A stretch of 64,000 nt of DNA from Planctomycetota bacterium (lineage in GTDB: Bacteria > Planctomycetota > Brocadiia > SM23-32), in assembly GCA_021161675.1 (NCBI GenBank), contig JAGHAF010000077.1, forward strand, positions 7,404-71,403, given 5' to 3'. The notes beneath the pieces are model-generated. The model saw nothing but the letters and a program-made list of their open reading frames with translations, searched no databases and was not told the DNA's origin. Position numbers and translations under genes: made by a program. Of this stretch, positions 42,434 through 52,258 are shown piece by piece; position 1 is the first letter of the stretch, and each line of letters starts with the position of its first letter.

Positions 42434-43545
42434 CAGACGCCTATCTCGTCCCGGAGAACCGGACTGACGACGTACGTATAATCCAGGCCACTCTTGAATA
42501 CGCAGGGGGATCGCCTGTCGGTGAACTTCATCTTCACCATCTCCCTTTCGACGATGGCGAGCATCTCCTCGATGTTCTCCGGATTGAACGCGATGCCCGC
42601 TCCCTCGCCCTTGTAATCCACGGGCATGTGCACCTCCGCTCGCCCAACATCGGGCGCCTCCGCCGTAATTGTCAGTGACCCATCAGTGAATTCAAAATCG
42701 ACGACGTGTGTTTCCTTCGTAGTCATATAGCCGGCGCGCCGCACGGCATTCAGTAGCTCCTTGGTCGGCAACTGCACGGATATTTCGCTCGTCGTCGGAA
42801 TGACCTCCCGGTAGTTGGGGAACTGCCCTTCCACGAGCTGGCAGACCATCCGCGCCGCGTCATTCTCCGCAACGAGCCGCCTTTCGCTCGTCGCAAAACG
42901 AATGGCCTCTGATCCGGCGTCGGCCAGCCGCGCCATCTGCTCCAGGCCTTCTCGTGGGATGATGATCTCTTGCTCGAGGCCCTCCGGATTGCTCACCTTC
43001 TTTTGCACGTGAGCAAGGCGCGCACCGTCTGCGGCCACGAGTTCTATCGCATTCTCCTTGCCCAGAACACAAAGGATTCCATGAAGCGCATAGCGCCCTT
43101 TTCCTGCGGCCGTCGCAAAGGCTGTCCGGCGCACCATGTACTTCAGCACGTCAGGGTCTATTTCGACCACTCCCTCCGCCGGGAACTGCGGCACCGAGAC
43201 GAAATCCGTCGGATCTTCCCCGAGGATGCGAAAATAGCTGTTCTCAGTTTTTATCCCAACCTTGCCATCTTCCTCTGACATACTGATAGAGCTATCCGGA
43301 GTCGCCCCGATCAGCGGCGTAATCCGCTCGTAGGGAACGAGTATGGTTCCCTCGCTCTCGATTTCCACGTCTCTAACGGCCAGTGTCAGGCCGACCTCAA
43401 GATCCGTCGCGGATAGGCGCAGCTCGTTGTCCTTGGCTTCCATCTTGACGTGTTGGTACAGGGGCTGCTGTGTGCTTGAATCCACCACTGCGCCGAGACG
43501 CTGAAGCCCATGGTACAGGGCTGCCCGATCTGCTACGAGTTTCAT
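42433..43545 (-). CDS. dnaN: DNA polymerase III beta clamp
   Basis: ATDLEV, VAADGARL, LVEGQFPNY, IAFNP; 370 aa. Confidence 0.95.
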
Positions 43546-44026
43546 GACTATCTCCTTGCCAAGTTTACAGTCTATTCTTTGTTTTTTATGGTATGTAGAA
43601 AACAGATGTTAACGAAAAAATAGCGTTGGCGAAAACGTCTATAACTGGAAGAGTACCATGGTAACGGTATGATGTGCAGGAAGATATGCTCTTGGAGCTA
43701 ATGCCGACAACCTGTCTATATCGTGTGGAAACACGTTCGTGAGATGAGAATAAAAGCGGAGGCTAAGGAGAGGGCCGTCGAAAGACACCGATTGGATATC
43801 ACCTTCCTTACATGTAAGAAAAGAGTTATCGACAGGTTTTCGACGGGAGAGAATCGGACCGCTTTCACGGCCCCTGGAGACGAAAAGTAACCCGCCTGCG
43901 CCTGCTGTTATCATATGCTCAATTGTAACAGATATCATGGTTGCTCTGCAAAGGAAACGGCCGGCGCAAAGCGTTCCTGCATAAGCTGGTAGAGCGGCCC
44001 GGAGGGTCCCGGGAGAACCGCCCTGT
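43546..44026. other. Putative replication origin (oriC)
   Basis: AT-rich ~480-bp intergenic region upstream of dnaN with paired DnaA-box-like 9-mers and an A/T-rich unwinding-like tract. Confidence 0.6.
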
Positions 44027-45367
44027 TTATTCGCTATGGGAGAGGGGGCGAGGCAGACGCGCGTCGTCGTCAAGGGGGTTGAAAACGAGCCCGGAAAGGG
44101 CCTTTGGATAGAAATACGTCGTCTTCGGAGGCATCGTATGGCCGGATTGGGCGACCTCACTGACGGTATGCGCGCTGACAGGGGGCAGAAGGAAGGATAC
44201 GTCGGACTGCCCGCTCTCCACCGCCCAGTAGACCTCTTCACTGTCCGCTTCGTAGCGGACGCGACCGGAAGAAACGGGGCTATCCGGTGGGATGTCGAAC
44301 AGGGGCTTCAGTATCCCGTGCAGGAGGACGGAGACGGCCAGGTCTCGCATGCAACCGGGCACGTCCGCCAGAGAAGATTCGGGCGCCCGGTGGTTCTCGA
44401 GATCCAAAAGGTAGAGCGTGCCGCCGGGGGGGTAGTAGCCTATAAGCCGGTCCTCCGGCGACCAGTTCTCCACGAACTCGACCAGGGAGCGAGAAGTATT
44501 GACGGGGACCTCCGTTACGTCGAAAGACTCTGCAAGCCGCGAGAGAAGTCCTTCCTGGCTGAAAGTGTCCCCGCCCTTCACAAGCCGGTGGGTAGGCAGT
44601 ATCTTCAGGCCCGGGTCGCGGGAAGATATGCCGTAGATCAGCGCGTAATCCTCGGGCGCCGCCCCTGGTTCGCGGGCGTTGTTGCGATGCCTGTCTCGAT
44701 AGGCCAGCGCCGTATCGTAGCGGTGATGGCCGTCCGCAATCAGGAGGGATTCCCCATCCAGCAGGGCCCCGAGACGTTTCAGCGCGGGTTCATCCGCAAT
44801 CCGCCACATCTTGTAGACGATATGCTCGTCGCTGGCGAACTCGTATAGCGGCTCGCCGGGCTCAAGGCCCTGGAGGAACTCATAAAGGCCCCCGTCCTCA
44901 TCCGAGAAGACGCACAACACCGGGCTGAGGTTAACCTTACATGCCTCAAGGAGCTTCAGCCTATCGGCCTTTGGGCCCGGGGTGGTCTGCTCGTGGGGCA
45001 GCACATTTCCCCCGGACAGGTCTTCGAGCAGGAGATCGCAGAACAGTCCTCTGCGCGTAATTTCTGCGCCGGCTATGGAAAAGACTTCCTCACAGAGGTA
45101 CAGGGATGGCGTCTCGTCCTGGATCAGGACTCCGCTCTTGCGCCACGCCTGTAGGGCGGCGGCGGCGTTTTCATAGTCTTGCCCCTGCCGCGGCGAATCG
45201 CCTTCCTTGCCGAGGATGAGTCGGATCACGTTGTGCTCATCCCGCGCCGCCAGAGTGCGGGCTTGCTCGGGGGGTATAATGTCGTAGGGCGGCGCGACGA
45301 CCCGCGAGATGAACGAAATCTGGCGGGGGTTGTATCGGAGCGCCTGGAAACGGGCTATCCGGGCCAA
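44027..45367 (-). CDS. DUF1015 family protein
   Basis: APPYDII, PHEQT..PKADRL, LIADGHHRY, PTHR, MPPKTTYFYPK. Confidence 0.9.
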   Translation of the reverse strand: MARIARFQALRYNPRQISFISRVVAPPYDIIPPEQARTLAARDEHNVIRLILGKEGDSPRQGQDYENAAAALQAWRKSGVLIQDETPSLYLCEEVFSIAGAEITRRGLFCDLLLEDLSGGNVLPHEQTTPGPKADRLKLLEACKVNLSPVLCVFSDEDGGLYEFLQGLEPGEPLYEFASDEHIVYKMWRIADEPALKRLGALLDGESLLIADGHHRYDTALAYRDRHRNNAREPGAAPEDYALIYGISSRDPGLKILPTHRLVKGGDTFSQEGLLSRLAESFDVTEVPVNTSRSLVEFVENWSPEDRLIGYYPPGGTLYLLDLENHRAPESSLADVPGCMRDLAVSVLLHGILKPLFDIPPDSPVSSGRVRYEADSEEVYWAVESGQSDVSFLLPPVSAHTVSEVAQSGHTMPPKTTYFYPKALSGLVFNPLDDDARLPRPLSHSE

Positions 45368-45461
45368 CTGTTGACCCTCCTTGCCGGAAGAAGCAGATCC
45401 AGCGACTCAGAGCGCGCATGATAGAGGCGCGAGACGCCGGATGCAAGTTACCGGGGTCGCC

Positions 45462-46811
45462 TCACGACGCATCCGGGCCTTCGGCCCGCCCCTCGGAGAG
45501 ACGAGCAAACCGTTTCTGTAGTTCGAGCTGGAGGTACGGGCCGAATCGGACGGCCCTGCGGTAGTCGTACGAGTCTATAGCTTCGGCTAATCCGGCTGCC
45601 CCGCTTTCCAGCAGAGAGGCGAGATCGCCCGCCGCCGAGCTATGCTGGCGCGCCACCCTGGTCATCACCTGCCCGTAGCCGGTGGCCAGCGCAGCCCGAA
45701 TTCGTTCCGCGCGGCGCGCCAGCGCCAGGAGGCGGCGGACCAGGAGCCCCGAGACGTAGCGTTTCGGGTTCAGCTCCTGCTGGCCCCGGTGAATGCAATA
45801 CTTGGCCCAGTTATAAGAGCGGAAGATGGCTTTCTCCTCCTCGGCGTTCAGCGGCGGCCGAAGCCCGGCGGGAGCGCCTTCTCGCTCTATCCTGCGCACC
45901 AGCGCGCGCCAATCGTTCTCCAGCGCGGTCTCGGACTCTCGATCTTCGAACCGCTCCTCGTGGATAAACCCGGAGGGCTCCTCCAACAGGTCTCGGGCCT
46001 TTTCCTGGTTGATGATGCGGTACAGGGTGGAGCGAGAGCGCCCGAAGCGCGCCGATAGTCGCTCGATCGGTTCGCCCCGCAGGCGCTGCCGGTAGATGCG
46101 GCGCCGCGCTTTCAGGTCCAGCCGGGGGCGGGCGTCCGGCGAGAGCCGTTCGTCCCGCTCGGACTCGCCCCGGCGCTGGAGCAGGAGGCGCAGACTTTCC
46201 TGCGCCCGTCCGAATCGGCCGGCCGCCCGGGCGAGCGCCTGTGTAAAGCTCAGCCCTTCTTTTTCGCGCAGCCTGGAGATGAAGGCGGCTATATCCCGGC
46301 CTTCTTGTGCGGAGATGTGGGAGAACCGCATCGCGCGCCCCAGGGGGTTATCTTCCCGCGCAGCGAAGGCGTCCAGGGCGCTCTTGCGCACGCCAATGCG
46401 CCGGCGCCCATCGGGGAAGACGTAAACCCGTCCGACCAGGCCCCGACGGCGCCACCGGCGCACCGTGCGAGTCGTCACGTTGAACTTCCCGGCGATTGCC
46501 TGTGGGGTATAAAGCTCTTCGTCGGCCTCTCGGGCGTCCGTCGGCGCAGAGCCGCTCAGCAGCTCCAGCGCCACGTGGAGGTCGCGCCGAATCTGCTCGC
46601 CTGTGAAGGCCTGCGGCGATTCGTCAGGGGGCCGGAATCCCGTTATGTGGAAGTAGAGGTAGTCGTAGGGGTAAGTCTGCTCGGGACTGAGGTGGAGGAG
46701 GAGCCGCTCGAGGCGATCTACGTGCCGGCGGCGCACCTCTACCGGCCCCACCAGCAGCAGGTGGTAGAGCCCCCGAAGGGCGTCGTGCTCGAAATATCCG
46801 GGATAATTCAC
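45462..46811 (-). CDS. Planctomycete-type HTH-extended sigma70-like protein, degenerate
   Basis: YPYDY..FHITGFRP N-domain, MerR-like HTH (VTTRTVRRWRRRGL), second HTH (RFGRSRSTLYRII), sigma 1.2/2-like C-terminus; GTG start overlaps upstream stop. Confidence 0.7.
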   Translation of the reverse strand: MNYPGYFEHDALRGLYHLLLVGPVEVRRRHVDRLERLLLHLSPEQTYPYDYLYFHITGFRPPDESPQAFTGEQIRRDLHVALELLSGSAPTDAREADEELYTPQAIAGKFNVTTRTVRRWRRRGLVGRVYVFPDGRRRIGVRKSALDAFAAREDNPLGRAMRFSHISAQEGRDIAAFISRLREKEGLSFTQALARAAGRFGRAQESLRLLLQRRGESERDERLSPDARPRLDLKARRRIYRQRLRGEPIERLSARFGRSRSTLYRIINQEKARDLLEEPSGFIHEERFEDRESETALENDWRALVRRIEREGAPAGLRPPLNAEEEKAIFRSYNWAKYCIHRGQQELNPKRYVSGLLVRRLLALARRAERIRAALATGYGQVMTRVARQHSSAAGDLASLLESGAAGLAEAIDSYDYRRAVRFGPYLQLELQKRFARLSEGRAEGPDAS

Positions 46812-47776
46812 GGGCCTTCGCCCTCCGCCCGGCGGCGGGCGACCTGCACCTGGCTGAGAGGCAGGTCGTCGAACCTGCTGTAACGGACCACCAGCCGCTT
46901 CGCTTCTGTTAGCGCTTCTATCGAGGGACCTGTCCCGACCTCCGTCGAGGGGGCGCCGATCAGGCATGCCAGCGGGCCCGGGCGGTCCTCGATCCGGAGC
47001 AGCAGGGCGCCGGCGGGGGCGTCGCGCTCCAGGCGCTGATTATCCTCATGGTTGCGACCCACCAGCGCGAAGGAGCCTCCATCCAGCGGGAAGAACCGCC
47101 CGTGCCGCACGGCCCGCAGAACGGGGACGGACAGCAGCCCCATCTTCGTGAGGGCCGCCACGCGGCCTGCAAACTGGGGGTCGGTCAGGCGGCAGCCGCC
47201 CGCGGGCGACGGATAGTCTTGGATGCCCCATTGCTGCGCCAGGGCCATCTGCTCCTTGCGCGAGCGTCCCCGCAGCGCCAGCAGGTCGTTCCTCTCGATC
47301 AGGCCCTGCCGCTCAGCGTCGCTCTCTGGCAGAAGCCTGCCGCTCAGCGGGCGCACGATCTTGCCGACCAGGCCCGCGCCCTTTTCCATCCGGCGGAAGG
47401 CGTCTTCGCGTTGAGACATCGGGCGCTGGCCCAGAACCTCTCCGGTGGCGACGAAATCTGCTCCGATCCGCCCGGCCTCCCGCCATGCCTTTCCGTACAT
47501 CATCTCCTTGCAGTCCAGGCAGGGATTCATGTTCTTGCCAAAGCCGTAATGGGGGTTCCTGACCAGGCCCAGCATCTCCTCGCTGACTTCCCGCACCAGC
47601 GCCGGGCAGTCGGGCGCGTATCCTTCCTCCCGCGGGGGGAAAAAGATGCTGTGGAGGCGAAGGAGGGTCACCTCGACCCCGAGGCGCAGAAGAAGCTCTG
47701 CGCCCAGGATGCTGTCCAGGCCGCCCGAAAACAGGAAGACGGCCCGGGGGGCGCGGCTGTCGCTCGAATGGGCCAT
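46808..47776 (-). CDS. ThiI/MnmA-like PP-loop tRNA sulfurtransferase family
   Basis: SGGLDS, NPCLDCK, TGEVLGQRPMSQ, PAGGC. Confidence 0.8.
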   Translation of the reverse strand: MAHSSDSRAPRAVFLFSGGLDSILGAELLLRLGVEVTLLRLHSIFFPPREEGYAPDCPALVREVSEEMLGLVRNPHYGFGKNMNPCLDCKEMMYGKAWREAGRIGADFVATGEVLGQRPMSQREDAFRRMEKGAGLVGKIVRPLSGRLLPESDAERQGLIERNDLLALRGRSRKEQMALAQQWGIQDYPSPAGGCRLTDPQFAGRVAALTKMGLLSVPVLRAVRHGRFFPLDGGSFALVGRNHEDNQRLERDAPAGALLLRIEDRPGPLACLIGAPSTEVGTGPSIEALTEAKRLVVRYSRFDDLPLSQVQVARRRAEGEGP

Positions 47777-47930
47777 AGAACACGCGCAGGAATGAAAGGG
47801 ACGGAAACGTCCAGCAAGCTTACAGGTTAGCCGGGGAGAAGAAGCCCGTCAACCGGTGACCGGAACTTGCGAGCGCCGCCGCGAATCCTTACAAACTACC
47901 GATTCTCCATTCATCATGCAGGAGGCGGCG

Positions 47931-48701
47931 ATGGTCGATGCGGAGCAGATAACACAGGGACTGCGCCGGCTCGGCGTGCAGGAGGGAGACATCCTGCTGA
48001 CCCACAGTTCCCTGAGCAGCTTCGGCCACGTGGAGGGCGGCGCCGAGGCGGTCGTAAACGCCCTGCTGGGCGCGGTGGGCAAGGAGGGCACGGCGCTCGT
48101 CCCCACCCACACGTGGGGCACGGTGAACCGGGATAGCCCCGTCTTCGACGTGCGACGCAGCCCCTCGCACGTGGGGAAGATTACCGAGGCGTTCCGGCGC
48201 CGGGATGGGGCGCTGCGCAGCCTCCATCCGACGCATTCCTGCGCGGCCATCGGCCCCCTGAAGGAGGAACTGCTCCGGGATCATGAGACACAGATCACCC
48301 CCTGCGGGAGCAAGTCTCCTTACTACCGTATCATGGAGCGCGGCGGCAAGATAGCCTTCCTCGGCGTCACGCAGCAGGTGAACACCACTTGCCATGCCCT
48401 GGAGGAGATGGCGTGCGTGTCCTACCTCCTGGACCGTTTCGAGCGACTTTACTGTGTAGATTATGACGGCAAAAAAAGGGTGGTCCCCTCCCGGCGTCAT
48501 ACGAGCGGGCTGGACAGGGCTTTCGATCGGACGGAGCCGCTTCTGCTCGAGCGCGGCGTCATGAGGGTGGGCCGCATCGGCGACGCCACTGTCCGGGTTG
48601 TGGGCGCCAGCGGCATGCGCGACGCCGTAATGCCGATTCTGGCCGAAGACCCGTTCTTTCTGCTGACCCCCCAGGCCGCCGTCATCGCCCGCAGTTTCTG
48701 A
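47931..48701 (+). CDS. AAC(3)/YokD family N-acetyltransferase
   Basis: THSSLSSFG, RSLHPTHS, NTTCHALEE; GGAGG before ATG 47931. Confidence 0.87.
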   Translation: MVDAEQITQGLRRLGVQEGDILLTHSSLSSFGHVEGGAEAVVNALLGAVGKEGTALVPTHTWGTVNRDSPVFDVRRSPSHVGKITEAFRRRDGALRSLHPTHSCAAIGPLKEELLRDHETQITPCGSKSPYYRIMERGGKIAFLGVTQQVNTTCHALEEMACVSYLLDRFERLYCVDYDGKKRVVPSRRHTSGLDRAFDRTEPLLLERGVMRVGRIGDATVRVVGASGMRDAVMPILAEDPFFLLTPQAAVIARSF

Positions 48702-48715
48702 GAAGCGAGGAGCAA

Positions 48716-49981
48716 ATGGCAGGCGCCGCCGTTTCAATCCCCTGGCGGATGTGGTACGGAGAGGATGTCCTGCGGCTGACCTGGCCTGATGGGTGGGAGG
48801 TCGGCCTGCGCGCCATGCGCGACGCCCCGACCATGCAGGGCGGGCAAATCCGCGAGGCGCTCGGGACGCCGCTTGGGAGCGCTCCTCTCGCGGAGCTGGC
48901 CGCCGGCAGGAAGAGCTGCTGCATCCTGGTGGATGACCTGACGCGCCCGACTCCCGCCGCGCGCGTTCTGCCGCCCATGCTGGAAGCCCTCCACGGCGCC
49001 GGCCTGTCCGAGGGGGACATCACCATCATCGTGGCGAGCGGCGCTCACGGCGCGCTCAGGCGAGCCGCGCTGGCGAAGAAGCTGGGCCCGGAAGTCTGCG
49101 ATCGCTACTACGTGATGCGCCACGATACGCATCAGAACCTGGTGAGCCTGGGCGAGATACCGGGCATGGGGGCGGAGCTGCGCGTCAACAGATTCTTCGC
49201 GGAGGCCGACCTGAAGCTGGCCATCACCGGCGTGATCCCCCATTTCATGTGCGGGCTGAGCGGCGGCGCGAAAATCGTGATGCCGGGGGCGTGCGGGCTG
49301 GAGGCCATCGCCGCCACCCATCGTCACACCGTGGACGGCCCGCCGGCGCGGCTGGGGGTCGTGGAGGGAAACCGGATGCGAGAGATCATGGAGGAGTGCG
49401 CCCGCCGGGCGGGGCTGCGCTTCTGCGTCTGCTGCGTGTTCAACTCCCGGGGCGAGACGGCGGCGCTCTTCTGCGGCGCCCCGCTCCCCGCTCACCGGGC
49501 GGCGGCAAAGGCCGCCCGCCGGATTTACGCCACCCCGGTGGACTACGGGGCGGACGTCGCCGTCTTCAACGCTTTCCCCAAGGACACAGAGTTCATACAG
49601 GCCCTGGCGGCGCTGGACGTCTGGGCGGAGCGAGAGGACCCGCAGCGCGCCCTCGTGCGACCGGGCGGCACGATCGTGATCATTACGGCCTGCAGCGAGG
49701 GGCTGGGCGCGCACGAGCTTATCGAGTACGGACGGCGCCAGTTCAAGCGCCGTGACCGGCACGGCGCCTTCCGGGACGTGTTCGCGGGGCGCAGCCTGCT
49801 GCTGCTTGCGCCGGGGGTCGGCCCCGTGACGGTGGAGCGGTACTACGGGCCCCGGGCACGACATTTCCGCACGTGGCGCCGCTTGCGCTGCGCCCTGGAG
49901 GCGCTGCATCCGGGAGGAACCCGGGTGCGCGTCTATCCGACCTCCGCGCTCCAGATGCCGGCGCCCTGCGAGGCGGGATGA
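48716..49981 (+). CDS. LarA-family nickel-pincer racemase/epimerase
   Basis: DDLTRPTP, ASGAH, PHFMCGLSGGAKIVMPG, CSEGLG. Confidence 0.85.
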   Translation: MAGAAVSIPWRMWYGEDVLRLTWPDGWEVGLRAMRDAPTMQGGQIREALGTPLGSAPLAELAAGRKSCCILVDDLTRPTPAARVLPPMLEALHGAGLSEGDITIIVASGAHGALRRAALAKKLGPEVCDRYYVMRHDTHQNLVSLGEIPGMGAELRVNRFFAEADLKLAITGVIPHFMCGLSGGAKIVMPGACGLEAIAATHRHTVDGPPARLGVVEGNRMREIMEECARRAGLRFCVCCVFNSRGETAALFCGAPLPAHRAAAKAARRIYATPVDYGADVAVFNAFPKDTEFIQALAALDVWAEREDPQRALVRPGGTIVIITACSEGLGAHELIEYGRRQFKRRDRHGAFRDVFAGRSLLLLAPGVGPVTVERYYGPRARHFRTWRRLRCALEALHPGGTRVRVYPTSALQMPAPCEAG

Positions 49982-49994
49982 TGCGGGCCGGCGC

Positions 49995-52097
49995 CTACTG
50001 CTGCTCCCACTTCAGGCCGAAGCGGATGTCCACCGCCATCAGGCCTTTGCCCTGCGGGTAGACGAAGAGCGGGTTCAGGTCGCACTCGTGGATTTCCGGG
50101 TGCTCCACGGCGAGTTGCGAGACGCGCGTCAGGCAGTCCGCAAGCGCTTCGAGGTCGGCTTCCGGCTGGCCGCGGAAGGCGTGCAGTATCGCCGCCGACC
50201 GGATGCCCTCGACCATCTGGCGCGCGTCGCGCAGTGCGATGGGGGCCACTCTGAAGACCACGTCTTTGAGCACTTCCACGTAGACCCCGCCGAGTCCGAA
50301 CATGATCAGAGGGCCGAACTGGGGGTCGCGCTTCATGCCGATGATGACCTCCCGGCCCCGGGGCGCCGTTGCCTGCACCAGGACGCCTTCCAGGTCCGCG
50401 TCCGGTTTATAGCGGCGGGCGGAGGCCAGCAGGTCCCGATAGGCGGCGCGCGCTTCTGTTTCATCTTTGCGGTCGAGCAGGACGCCGCCGGCGTCCGATT
50501 TGTGGAGGATATCCTCCGAGGATATTTTCATCACCACCGGATAGCCGATTTCCTTCGCCGCCCGGACGGCATCCTCTTCGGAGCCGGCGAAGATGGAGCG
50601 CGGCAGGGGGATGCCGCAGGCGCGGGCGATGGCGCGCGCCTGCCGCTCCCCGAGGCTGCTGCGGCCCTTCTCGCGGGCCTGCTCCAGGGCGAGCCGGATG
50701 GCGGCGTCGTCGAAATCGTGGGACGGCGGGGCCTCGGGTTCAGTCCGGCGCCGCAGCCCGAAGGTGTGCAGGGCGTCCAGCGCGGCGACCGCCGGGGCGG
50801 GGCCCTCGAAGTTCGGCACGCCGCCCTCCTTCAGCACTTGCCATGCGCTCCTGACGGAGGCGCTTCCCATGAAGCAGGCCAGCAGGGGTTTGTCCGTCCG
50901 GGCTGCGGCGCCTGTCACGGCGCGTCCGTACTCCTCCGCCCTGGTGGACGCCTGGGGCGTCAGGAGGGTCAGCATCGCGTCCACGCCGGGGTCCGCGCAG
51001 ATGGCGTCCAGTGCGGCCTTATAGCGGTCCGCCTGTGCGTCGCCCAGGACGTCCACGGGGTTGTGCAGGGCGGCCTGCGCGGGGAGCGCATCGGCGAGCT
51101 TGCGCGCGGTAGCGTCCTGGAACTCGGCCATCTGAAGGTCGGAGGACTCTATGGCGTCCGTGGCGAGGATGCCCGGGCCGCCCGCGTTCGTGACCACGGC
51201 TACGCGGGGACCGGCGGGTGGTTGCTGCGCGGCGAAGGCGCGGGCGTAACTGAAAAGCTGTCCTATGCTTTCGGCGCGGATCACTCCGCTCTGGCGAAAG
51301 GCCGCATCGTAGGCTGAATCGGCGCCGGCCAGGCTTCCGGTGTGGCTGGAGGCGGCCTGGGCGCCGGCGCTGGTGCGGCCCGACTTCAGGATGATTACGG
51401 GCTTTGCGCGCGTGATGCGCCCGGCGACCTCCATGAAGCGCGACCCGTCCTCGATGCTCTCGATGTAGCCGAGGATGACGTCGGTCTTCTCGTCCTGGCC
51501 CAGCGCCTCGATCAGGTCGGACTCGTTGATGTCCATCTTGTTGCCGAAGCTGATGAAGCGGGAAAGGCCGATGCCCTCGCCGGCGGCTATGTCGAGCATC
51601 GCCGTGCCGAGAGCGCCCGACTGGCTGAAGAACGCGATGTTGCCGGGCGCGGGCATGGCGGGGCCGAACGAGGCGTTCACTCGCTCGTGGGGGCTGACCA
51701 GGCCCAGGCAGTTCGGCCCGATGCAGCGGATGCCGTGGCGCCGGCACCTCTCGGCCACGTCCTGCTCCAGGGCGGCGCCGTCCGGGCCGGACTCCTTGAA
51801 TCCCGCCGAGATGATGATCACGGCCTTGATGCCTTTCTCGGCGCACTCGTCAACGATCGAGGGGATGATCTTGGCGGGCACGACGATGACGGCCAGGTCC
51901 ACGCCCTGCTCCACGTCGGTGACCGCGCCGTAGCAGCGCAAGCCGAGAATCTCGTCGGCCTTGGGGTTGATGGGGAAGATGGGGCCGGGATATCCGGCCT
52001 CCAGGAGGTTCTTGACGACGTCGTGGCCCACTTTGCCGGGCGTGCGGTTGGCGCCCACGACGGCTATTGATTCGGGCTGAAAAAATGACTCAAACAT
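49995..52097 (-). CDS. ADP-forming acetate/acyl-CoA ligase, fused alpha-beta
   Basis: IGPNCLG, SQSGALG, ASSHTGSLAG, NPVDVLGDA, ATP-grasp HKSDAGGV. Confidence 0.93.
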   Translation of the reverse strand: MFESFFQPESIAVVGANRTPGKVGHDVVKNLLEAGYPGPIFPINPKADEILGLRCYGAVTDVEQGVDLAVIVVPAKIIPSIVDECAEKGIKAVIIISAGFKESGPDGAALEQDVAERCRRHGIRCIGPNCLGLVSPHERVNASFGPAMPAPGNIAFFSQSGALGTAMLDIAAGEGIGLSRFISFGNKMDINESDLIEALGQDEKTDVILGYIESIEDGSRFMEVAGRITRAKPVIILKSGRTSAGAQAASSHTGSLAGADSAYDAAFRQSGVIRAESIGQLFSYARAFAAQQPPAGPRVAVVTNAGGPGILATDAIESSDLQMAEFQDATARKLADALPAQAALHNPVDVLGDAQADRYKAALDAICADPGVDAMLTLLTPQASTRAEEYGRAVTGAAARTDKPLLACFMGSASVRSAWQVLKEGGVPNFEGPAPAVAALDALHTFGLRRRTEPEAPPSHDFDDAAIRLALEQAREKGRSSLGERQARAIARACGIPLPRSIFAGSEEDAVRAAKEIGYPVVMKISSEDILHKSDAGGVLLDRKDETEARAAYRDLLASARRYKPDADLEGVLVQATAPRGREVIIGMKRDPQFGPLIMFGLGGVYVEVLKDVVFRVAPIALRDARQMVEGIRSAAILHAFRGQPEADLEALADCLTRVSQLAVEHPEIHECDLNPLFVYPQGKGLMAVDIRFGLKWEQQ

Positions 52098-52258
52098 CTG
52101 ATTTGCTTTCTTACAAGGTGGCCGGAGGGGAAGATCGTCGCCCGCGGACTGCCCTCCCGGGAGAATCTTCCAGGTACACCATACTGTTACCACAACCGGC
52201 CGTTATGAGCAAATGCCCCGGGGGAAGGCCCGCGGCCGTTCGGCGGTTGACCGCCCGC

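Noticed and set aside
43639-44241. 200-aa ORF as dnaA or a remnant
   Set aside because: No AAA+ or domain IV motifs; overlaps DUF1015 and the AT-rich intergenic region
47931-48701. Acquired aminoglycoside resistance gene
   Set aside because: Chromosomal metabolic context with host-like composition; the family includes many non-resistance members
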